Shown: piece by piece, positions 10,101 to 16,832 of the stretch
Position numbering within the stretch: position 1 is the stretch's first letter
How the letters are laid out: each line of letters starts with the position of its first letter
Assembly: GCA_041740355.1 (NCBI GenBank)
Contig: JBGSMD010000008.1
Span: 1-20,267 of the forward strand
Reading direction: 5' to 3'
DNA length: 20,267 bases
From: Bdellovibrionota bacterium
Lineage (GTDB): Bacteria; Bdellovibrionota_C; UBA2361; CALJRW01
Made by a program: the position numbers and the translations under genes
Notes under the pieces: generated by a model
Seen by the model: the letters and a program-made list of their open reading frames with translations, nothing else
What the model was told of the DNA's origin: nothing
Database searches by the model: none

Positions 10101-10411
10101 ACTGTTAAACAGGCGCCGAGCTTAGCCTTCTCTAAAGAGCCCAAGATTACCTGGTCAGTCACTTCCTGAAGTTGGGCAAAAAGGTCTGGAGTTAGGGGGG
10201 CAGTAGATACAACTCCATGAGTAGCTCTCATCGCCAACTCAATTGCATTTTGAATACGCTCCCTACGAAATGGCACCATCGTCCCATTTCTTTTAACAAT
10301 CGTTAAGCGAGCTAATGCTTTGGCATCGATTCGAGCCTGATCCGCCATATTGCTTTTTGTCATCGGAGTTCCTGCAAAAGTTGAGCTTATTTGACTTGAA
10401 GTATTTTCCAT
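7127..10411 (-). CDS. nrdA: Ribonucleotide reductase class I alpha subunit with three N-terminal ATP-cones
   Basis: STPTLFNSG, SSCYL, SNLCTEI, AVCNLGS, AIAPTATIS, KTTYYLR and C-terminal CESC. Cones begin at IVKRNG, VMRRDG and (degenerate) VTEADG. Alternative start ATG 10363 has AGGA 6 nt upstream. Confidence 0.97.
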   Translation of the reverse strand: MENTSSQISSTFAGTPMTKSNMADQARIDAKALARLTIVKRNGTMVPFRRERIQNAIELAMRATHGVVSTAPLTPDLFAQLQEVTDQVILGSLEKAKLGACLTVEGIQDIVEVKLMECGHHDVARDYIVYRDQHKQLRDDSPRNIRVMRRDGKEVRFNPMKIASAVEACFRSTRAVDGVTPSEVIQAVNLLTNKVVNKVCDFNNEGKEISVEFIQDEVERQLMSESFYQEAKNYILYRSLRAKLRESGEGMEEDFAPILAKSEAKTATTQKTTPVEDLGTLYKVTEADGSETKMSELEIKKRIDYACLNLNVDADEVRTDMLKNFYQGIRRREVDQAAIMSARAKVEKEPDYTFLTARLLLDEIYRETISTPANHADIKKIHQEYFTQYIDFGVQVGRLTPDLKSYDIAKLAAAMDLGRDLDFTYLGLQTIYDRYLTHHEDRRIETPQIFWMRVAMGLALREENKNERAVEFYDILSQMYYVSSTPTLFNSGTCHSQMSSCYLSTVTDDLHSIFKLVSDDAQLSKWAGGLGNDWTNVRATGATIKGTNGRSQGVVPFLKVANDTAVAVNQGGKRKGAMCAYLETWHLDLEDFLELRKNTGDERRRTHDMNTANWIPDLFMKRVAENGNWTMFSPSDVPDLHDLYGSAFDKRYQEYETMVAKGEIKLYKTVEALTLWRKMLSMLFETGHPWITFKDPSNLRSPQDHKGVVHSSNLCTEILLNTSEKETAVCNLGSLNLPKHIKANGELDRELLAKNIKTAIRMLDNVIDINFYPIPEAGFSNLQHRPIGLGLMGFQDCLYMKRVSYASPEAVEFADRSMELISYYAILGSSELAKERGAYPSYQGSKWDRGLLPIDTLEILEKNRGAAYCDLNKETTLDWQVVRDSIKKYGMRNSNTMAIAPTATISNISGVTQSIEPAYKHLFAKSNLSGEFIVINDFLVHELKKLDLWDEEMVDDLKYFDGSILEIERIPNDIKQIYLTSFEIDPEWIVDCAARRQKWIDMGQSLNLYMAEPNGKKLNEMYFSAWKKGLKTTYYLRCLGATQIEKSTMDVNKRGLQPRWMKNKSSSGEVNINRDAAALPKETQNLDGECESCQ

Positions 10412-10448
10412 AACGATGTTCTATAATTTTAACACAAAAATTGAGGAA

Positions 10449-10496
10449 ACACTATATGTAGTGTTTTGAGGGGTCAATAAACACTAAATATAGTGT
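10449..10496. promoter_or_regulatory. Tandem NrdR boxes, overlapping a putative sigma70 promoter
   Basis: ACACTATATGTAGTGT (10449-10464) and ACACTAAATATAGTGT (10481-10496) match the consensus acaCwAtATaTwGtgt and are 32 bp apart. Minus-strand TTGACC (10472-10477)-17 bp-TAGTGT (10449-10454). Confidence 0.92.
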
Positions 10497-10701
10497 TGGC
10501 GTCCACAAACTGTCTATATAAAAAATTTAAAAAACTAGCTGAGATCTGTGACTAACCTTCTTAACCGTCTAAAAACATTAAAGATCGTCAGGTAAAAAAA
10601 ACTTACTTTAATTCATTTAAAGTTATGATTTCCTGCCACTTATTTGTGACTAGGAACCATCTAGATTATAAGTTATAGAAGATATTAGAAAATTTATAAT
10701 A

Positions 10702-10848
10702 GTTTAGCCTTTGGTGGATCTCGAAGGAAAAATTCAGCAAAATACTTCCCCCGTCGCCTTTTGGCTTTGGGGGACCAAGCAGCTGTACTACTAGTACCTC
10801 TGCTTTTTTGCTGAATTTTTTAATTCTACCTCCACACACATTCTAAAC
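10702..10848. ncRNA. Candidate structured RNA/ssDNA element (three-way junction), family unknown
   Basis: A perfect 15-bp stem (10728-10742/10806-10820) closes two hairpins (10747-10774 and 10777-10805). Outer helices are gtgga/tccac and gtttag/ctaaac. Confidence 0.5.
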
Positions 10849-10912
10849 AGTTATGCCAATTAAAACCCGTGTTTGGGATAAGAATTCGTCGTAAAAAAGG
10901 TGAAGTAGTTGA

Positions 10913-11030
10913 AATTATTAAAAATTAAGGATTTTTAATAATTGTGAAGTGCGAAGAAAAATCATAAATTGAAACAAAGGTGTGTCAGGCACGCCACAGA
11001 GAGTAACAATTTATGATTTTTCACTGCAAT
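10913..11030 (+). other. Second structured element: 13-bp hairpin plus a 16-bp stem with an apical hairpin
   Basis: aattattaaaaat/atttttaataatt (10913-10925/10931-10943); gaaaaatcataaattg/caatttatgatttttc (10956-10971/11007-11022) enclosing ggtgtg-tcagg-cacgcc, whose G-U pair favours the + strand. Confidence 0.5.
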
Positions 11031-11139
11031 TCCAACTAATTTAATTTTGCGGGAACTGATCAAAACTCAGATTTAAAAGCATTACTAGCTTCGGGCTGAG
11101 CACTTACGAAATTTACAGCAAATCAGGATAAAACGATAA

Positions 11140-12171
11140 ATGAGTATGGAACCAATCAAATTTGAGATTAAACAGATAAATTTTGAAATTTTTAATCTGA
11201 TCCACTCCTCCTTTCAAGGACAGTTTGCTGCAAATAATATTTTAAACCAAACAAAGCATCCACAATTTAATCCGGACAACTTAGTAACAATTAAAGATCA
11301 AATTAAAACTGCTCTTAGTAATTTAAAGCGAATTGAAAATAACGAACTAATAATTGATCCGGAGTTTGAGGAAGTAAGTGAAACAGAAGTAGAAGTTTTT
11401 GCTTTACTTAATGGCTTAAAACAAAACTTTGTGATTGCTGCCAATGAGATTATTACAATCGCCTCCAGTGATAAGTGGACAGAGGATGGTGACCTGTATC
11501 AAGTACTAGTTGCTTACTATGCTTGGTTTGCCTATGCCGAAGAGAATTATTTTAAGAAGCTACAAGACTTTTATCTAATTAATAATATAGATGATTATAA
11601 CGAAACAATTAATCAACGTTTAGAACAAGCAAGTAACGATTTAAAGTTAACCGGTAATTTTTTAATGTCGATTAAAGGTCCCGCGGGACCAGAGAAAGGT
11701 TTCTTTTCCCACCTGATGTTTTTTCTTAAAACCTTACCAGGATATTTCTTCTCCAAGACTCACGACATCAATCAATTCCTAACAATCAAACAAGAATTCA
11801 CTTATGAATTAGCTGGTTTTTCAGCGGAGGAAGCGCCGCGTTGGGAGGCTAAAAACTTTGATCCAATTGCTGCTGGATATTGGAAGTGTTATGGCTTTAC
11901 ACCAGAATCTGCTTTCGAATGGTTTGATCGGGGCTTTTTTGTTGCGGCCGAAGCAGCTAATTGGAAATTCTCTGATTTCCAATCAGCACAAGCAGCCGCC
12001 TGGGCTAAGTATTCCTTTACTCCGATCCTAGCAATGCATTGGCAACAAGCTTCATTAAAACCGGAGCACTCAGCAATTTTAATTTCACATGGATTTTTCA
12101 TGCCGGGAGATTTGCCAACAGATCCAGCAGAGCTTCAAGGATTAATTCAGCAAGGATTTAAGAGAGAGTAA
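11140..12171 (+). CDS. Hypothetical protein: helical N-terminal domain plus C-terminal 13-aa Trp repeats
   Basis: 343-aa ORF; Trp codons at 11842, 11881, 11920, 11962, 12001 and 12040; consensus xxxGFxPxxAxxW. Confidence 0.82.
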   Translation: MSMEPIKFEIKQINFEIFNLIHSSFQGQFAANNILNQTKHPQFNPDNLVTIKDQIKTALSNLKRIENNELIIDPEFEEVSETEVEVFALLNGLKQNFVIAANEIITIASSDKWTEDGDLYQVLVAYYAWFAYAEENYFKKLQDFYLINNIDDYNETINQRLEQASNDLKLTGNFLMSIKGPAGPEKGFFSHLMFFLKTLPGYFFSKTHDINQFLTIKQEFTYELAGFSAEEAPRWEAKNFDPIAAGYWKCYGFTPESAFEWFDRGFFVAAEAANWKFSDFQSAQAAAWAKYSFTPILAMHWQQASLKPEHSAILISHGFFMPGDLPTDPAELQGLIQQGFKRE

Positions 12172-12246
12172 GGTTAAGTACAAGACAAAGGATCGGAGCG
12201 TCAAAACAACTTCTGCTTTCAAGACAAAACACTAGACTGTCAATAG

Positions 12247-12729
12247 TTATGAATCCATTTTTTTAATCAGCTTTTTACAAATCAATAAGGGTATAATTCC
12301 AATTATTCCAAAAGAACAATCAATCAATATCCAGTAAAATGGAATGCCTCGAATTGCACCAAATAATAAGGCATAAGGAATGATTGCTAAACAAGCAATC
12401 ATTCCAAAATTGATAACCCAGATATTTTTAATTGGATCTTTTAGGGGACCAAAAAAAACAATTGCAATCATTAAATGACCGAATGCCAACCAATCAGTAC
12501 CATAAGCAATGAAAGGATATTTAAGATCGGTTTCTCTTACTCCTTCATAAACCCAGGCTATCCAATTTCTAAAGCCATCATAATGTGAGGCTGGCAAATT
12601 GGGATCAATATTAAGTAAGCCGGCAATAAGTTTAAGCTCATAGGTAAGAGGAATAGCTGTCAAACCACTAACCACAAGCGCCATTATAAAAATAATTAGT
12701 AAAATTCTAATTTTAGTTAAATTATTCAT
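12247..12729 (-). CDS. Conserved-type hypothetical inner-membrane protein (about 4 TM)
   Basis: Hydrophobic helices; motifs SGLTAIPL, YGTDWLAFGH, GPLKDP.KNIWV, RGIP and IDCSFG. The start overlaps the kinase stop. Confidence 0.8.
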   Translation of the reverse strand: MNNLTKIRILLIIFIMALVVSGLTAIPLTYELKLIAGLLNIDPNLPASHYDGFRNWIAWVYEGVRETDLKYPFIAYGTDWLAFGHLMIAIVFFGPLKDPIKNIWVINFGMIACLAIIPYALLFGAIRGIPFYWILIDCSFGIIGIIPLLICKKLIKKMDS

Positions 12730-14257
12730 TTTGAAATTTAATAATAAACTTAGTTCCAGAAACAGAATCTCCTAAACTAATTTCAGCTTTAGAGTGCTTA
12801 AGTAATGATTGAACAATCCTGAGCCCTAGTCCCGTACCCCCTTGTTCTCTTCTGGTGGTGAAGAATGGATTAAATATTTTTTGGGAATTTTGAAGTGAAA
12901 TTCCACTGCCATTATCTTCAATAATTAGCTGCTGTGCTGAGTCAAACTGAACACTCACTACTTTAGCATCGTGCTGAATAGAATTATCAATTAAGTTAAT
13001 TAAAATAGTTTCCAGATCTTCCGCAGAGATTGCCACAATATATTTTTCTTTTGGTAAGGAAAGATCAATATCTCTACTTTCATAGCGCAACCTCAGCTTT
13101 TCAAAAACTTCAGCTGAAGAACAAGAAGATGAAGGTCTTAAGGCATTATCCGCTTCGGCCAGTTGCAACAAGCGAATAGTGAGCGCATGAAGTCGCTGTG
13201 TATCGAGTTGTATATTTCCTAAAAATTGAATGGCTTTTTCTTTAGGGATGGTCTCAAAGTGATCCCTTAAAATCTCAACAGCTCCGTTAATTGCAGTAAT
13301 CGGAGTTTTAAATTCATGCGAAACGTCCATAGCAAATTGTTTGATATAGTTGGAGCGATCTAAGAGTTCTACACTCATTAGATTAAAAGCTTCAGCTAGC
13401 TGATGATATTCATCAATTATCGGCTCTTTTGCCAATTGAATCGGTTTTTCTGGAAAGTTCCTAAATGTATCAATTGCTTGAATTAATTTTTTAATTGGCG
13501 AAGAAATCATTAAAGAAAGTGTGACCGAAGTCAGAATGACTAGTAGTAAAATAAGACCTAAGGCTCCAAGGGCATTGTATTTTTTATGATATAAATCCTT
13601 TAGAATATTTTTTGGAGTCCGTGATAGATAAATGACTCCCAGCAATACTTGCTCACTAATCACAGGGAAAGCTACAAAGACACGATATTGTCCCTCTCTG
13701 CTAATCGATGAGAGTTTAAAGTTTTTTTCGCTGACTCTCTCTCTTAAGACACTAGAATATTTACCCTGAAGTGCATTTTTAACTTCTATCAAATCTTTAA
13801 ATGAGACTCCGACTTCCTTTTGACTGGCGATTACTACGCCGTTCCAATCTAAAACTTTTATTCCAGCTAATGTTGTTCTTTGTGTCTCATTGATCAGCTT
13901 ACTAAAATGCTTTCCTATTTCCTGATATTTTACGTCAAAACTACTTTCCAAAACTCCATCGGGGCGAGGAGGATAAATTATAGATGTAAGTGATAGCTGT
14001 GGTTCAATTGGGCTATAATGTGCATTCTTCTCTAAATGAATTTTGCCCAACTCTTTAGTAATGTCAGGATTGATCTTTAAAAGTTCCTCCCTATAACTGG
14101 CAGCGAAGACTGCTCCTTGAGAGATCAACTCCCCTTCGGTTTGTCGGATAAGTTCAGTTTGATAAAAACGAAAAGAAAGAAGAACAAGGACTAAAAAGAT
14201 AAGGACTAAAACATTACCAAAAACAAGAATGCTTTGAAGTTTGAATCTTTTAAACAT
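12722..14257 (-). CDS. Sensor histidine kinase, CreC-like
   Basis: Two TMs around an extracytoplasmic sensor domain, HAMP, H-box VSHEFKTP, N-box NLIDNS, G boxes DNGSGI and GGTGLGL, F-box IFNPFFTT. Confidence 0.92.
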   Translation of the reverse strand: MFKRFKLQSILVFGNVLVLIFLVLVLLSFRFYQTELIRQTEGELISQGAVFAASYREELLKINPDITKELGKIHLEKNAHYSPIEPQLSLTSIIYPPRPDGVLESSFDVKYQEIGKHFSKLINETQRTTLAGIKVLDWNGVVIASQKEVGVSFKDLIEVKNALQGKYSSVLRERVSEKNFKLSSISREGQYRVFVAFPVISEQVLLGVIYLSRTPKNILKDLYHKKYNALGALGLILLLVILTSVTLSLMISSPIKKLIQAIDTFRNFPEKPIQLAKEPIIDEYHQLAEAFNLMSVELLDRSNYIKQFAMDVSHEFKTPITAINGAVEILRDHFETIPKEKAIQFLGNIQLDTQRLHALTIRLLQLAEADNALRPSSSCSSAEVFEKLRLRYESRDIDLSLPKEKYIVAISAEDLETILINLIDNSIQHDAKVVSVQFDSAQQLIIEDNGSGISLQNSQKIFNPFFTTRREQGGTGLGLRIVQSLLKHSKAEISLGDSVSGTKFIIKFQNE

Positions 14258-14265
14258 ACAATCAA

Positions 14266-14946
14266 TTAGTCAATTTTATATCCAACACCTCTAATCGTCT
14301 GAATTAGATTATCAGCACCAACCTGCTCTAACTTTGCTCTAATTCTCCTCATATGTGAATCAATTGTCCGATCACTTAGATGAAAATTTTCTTGATAAGC
14401 TAAATCAATAATCATTTCTCTAGTAAAGACGATACTAGGACGTCTGATTAAAGCGAAAAGAATATCAAATTCAGTTACACTTAGGATAACAGCTGTTTCT
14501 TTCCAGAGCACAGTTCGCTTTGCAAGATTTAATATTAAATCTTTGTGTTGAAAAGAATCGGTACTCTCTTCGCTAAGTGCTGGTTTAATTCTTTTAAGTA
14601 TATTTTTAACTCTAACTACAAGCTCTCTAGGACTAAATGGTTTTGAGATGTAATCATCCCCTCCCAGCTCTAGTCCAAGAATTCGATCTACCTCCTGCTC
14701 TCTAGAACTAAGAAATATAATTGGAATTTCTGATGTCTTTCTAATTTGCTTACAAACTTCGATACCATCAAGCTCAGGCATATTAATATCAAGAATTATT
14801 AGATCAGGATTAAAATTGGAAAATGCCCTTAGCGCTAACATTCCATTTTCAGCCTCGATACATTTAAAGCCTGATTCTGTTAAGCTAAATTCCAGAGTCT
14901 CTCTGATATGCTTATCATCATCAACTATTAAAATAGTTTTACTCAT
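14266..14946 (-). CDS. OmpR/PhoB-family response regulator, CreB-like
   Basis: ILIVDDD, LIILDINMP and KPFSPREL; winged helix RTIDSHMRRIRAKL...TIRGVGY. Confidence 0.95.
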   Translation of the reverse strand: MSKTILIVDDDKHIRETLEFSLTESGFKCIEAENGMLALRAFSNFNPDLIILDINMPELDGIEVCKQIRKTSEIPIIFLSSREQEVDRILGLELGGDDYISKPFSPRELVVRVKNILKRIKPALSEESTDSFQHKDLILNLAKRTVLWKETAVILSVTEFDILFALIRRPSIVFTREMIIDLAYQENFHLSDRTIDSHMRRIRAKLEQVGADNLIQTIRGVGYKID

Positions 14947-16414
14947 GTTCCTTTCTTAATAAAGAGTTCAATCTAAACCTTCTAAATGACCAAGCTCTAT
15001 CATTCTCAAGGTAAAATTTATGATAGAGTGCAACAAACTTTCTGACTCGAAAGCGCGTTGAATATACCGCTGGGATGTAATCCAAAGAACTATAAACTTC
15101 AAAATTAGGTATAGCATTGCCATTCATTTTATAGTCAACAAGGGCTGGCAACGCCTCCTCTCCTAGCGAGACTAAATAATAAACATCCAGATTACTACCT
15201 TTCCCAGTAATTTCTCTACAATGATTAACATTATAGAAGGCAATTAGGCTTGGAAAATTAATGAAACAACAAATTGTTAAAATCAATAATAGCTTTAAAA
15301 TTGCAATATTTGCTACCCATGAATTACTTTTATCATGGGCAATTTTAAGAATACATAAAATTAAAACTACTGCCACAAGATACATCCAAATCAATGCGGA
15401 TATTCTCATATAAGTTAAGGAGTAACTTTCTATGTAGATCAATAGTTTTCTAAACGCCAAACACAATAGGAATACATTTTGAAAAGTCCAAGACAATATT
15501 AATTTTTTTAGAAAAATGGTGCTGTCACCTATCTTTCTAAAAGTATCGACAATCAGCATATACAAACATGCTAAAATTGCAGTAAACAAAAGTGTGTACG
15601 AGGCATCTTGAGCTGAGCTAGATAGAGCAGAAGATATCTCGCTAGTGTTATGATCAAATAACAGCGAAAGCTCGGACAGTCCTTGCGTCAAGAAAATAAG
15701 ATTAAAAATTATTAAACTTATACAAATTGATTTATAACTAAATAGGTTTTGATACTGGCCTGTCTTTTGTTTGCTCTGCTTAAGCCTAACTCTATTGCGA
15801 AGGAGAGACCAAGTGAATGATAAAGCGATAAGCCAGAAGAGTAATCTATTAAAATTTATAAGAGCCAACAAGCTTTCAATATTGAGTTGCTTCGCTAAAA
15901 TTTCCATTACTGGATTAATCTTTGCAAAAGAAAAAATGAAAATTAAGGTTAAACCAATAGGCACAATCGACAAGGCAATAAATTGAAAAAATTTGAATTG
16001 GCTTTTTCCTTTTTTTATTTTGAAAATTTTAAAGACATCTCTACTGAATTTGCCGAACATGGTAAATATATTTCTGCGTACTCCACGTATTAGTAGTTCA
16101 AAGTTAGCTAAATAGATTTTATTACGAATTAAACCTAGAAAACTGAGCGAGAGAAATAACATGGAAATTGATAATGTAGATACATCTTCAACTAATGCTA
16201 ATAATATTAAAAAATTAAATCCTAAAAATATTTTTCCATAAGTGCTTTTAAAAGTATTAAGATTATTAACTACAATCAAGAAAGTAATTAAAGCTCCAAC
16301 CAAGGCTAACATCCATCCCCAATATTGTTGATAAAGTGAGTAATCAATTACGATGCCTAGAAAGACGCAGCTTAATAATTTGTAACTTCCAATTTGTGAT
16401 ATTAAATTTTTCAT
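14939..16414 (-). CDS. DUF4153 (DUF4173)-like multi-pass membrane protein
   Basis: Many TMs; F..INPV, KLLIYIESYSLTYMRI, IAFYNV and LDVYYL.SLG.EALPAL motifs; GAGGG RBS. The stop overlaps the regulator start. Confidence 0.75.
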   Translation of the reverse strand: MKNLISQIGSYKLLSCVFLGIVIDYSLYQQYWGWMLALVGALITFLIVVNNLNTFKSTYGKIFLGFNFLILLALVEDVSTLSISMLFLSLSFLGLIRNKIYLANFELLIRGVRRNIFTMFGKFSRDVFKIFKIKKGKSQFKFFQFIALSIVPIGLTLIFIFSFAKINPVMEILAKQLNIESLLALINFNRLLFWLIALSFTWSLLRNRVRLKQSKQKTGQYQNLFSYKSICISLIIFNLIFLTQGLSELSLLFDHNTSEISSALSSSAQDASYTLLFTAILACLYMLIVDTFRKIGDSTIFLKKLILSWTFQNVFLLCLAFRKLLIYIESYSLTYMRISALIWMYLVAVVLILCILKIAHDKSNSWVANIAILKLLLILTICCFINFPSLIAFYNVNHCREITGKGSNLDVYYLVSLGEEALPALVDYKMNGNAIPNFEVYSSLDYIPAVYSTRFRVRKFVALYHKFYLENDRAWSFRRFRLNSLLRKEHE

Positions 16415-16729
16415 ATTTTACCCTCTTGATAATTTATCTATATGAAGGATTATGAAGATTTATTATTGCTACAGTATGGCTAAAAGAATGAATTTCAGAG
16501 CTATTTTAGTGCAAATTTGATGCAAGAGGATGAAAATACTCTTAAAAGCCTGTCTGTTGTAAGCCGAAGAATAAAGTTCCCAAAAAAATTCGGAATTCAT
16601 GTTGGTTTGACTATCTTCTTTCTTTTTAGGTATTCAAATTTAGCTTTCCGCATTTGCTTCAGCGAGACAAGAATCCAGAATTTGAAAAGCTGATAACTAG
16701 AAGCTCGGACCACAAAATAAATTCCTTAG

Positions 16730-16753
16730 GTAAGTTAGTTTTTGGACTCCCTA
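16730..16753 (-). repeat. Left copy of the 24-bp inverted repeat flanking the Cys-rich gene
   Basis: GTAAGTTAGTTTTTGGACTCCCTA is the reverse complement of 19191-19214 at 22/24 positions. Confidence 0.85.
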
Positions 16754-16769
16754 CAGATAAGAAATAACT

Positions 16770-16804
16770 TTAACTGCCTCGTATTAAAAATACGAAACAC
16801 TTAA
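16770..16804 (-). terminator. Putative terminator hairpin of the Cys-rich gene
   Basis: Minus strand ttaa-g-tgtttcgtatt-ttt-aatacgaggca-g-ttaa, with G-U pairs on the minus strand only; 28 nt after the stop. Confidence 0.6.
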
Positions 16805-16832
16805 AAAGCACGGCTGATCGTTAACTAGGATA

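Noticed and set aside
7127-10411. Intein or intron explaining the length of NrdA
   Set aside because: The extra length is N-terminal ATP-cones; the catalytic motifs are contiguous with no splice motifs.
10500-11139. Cobalamin riboswitch, tmRNA, RNase P, SRP or 6S RNA as the identity of the structured spacer
   Set aside because: No B12-box, tRNA-like ends, GAGGAAAGUCC or SRP domain IV motif was found by eye. 6S could not be supported but needs an Infernal search to exclude.
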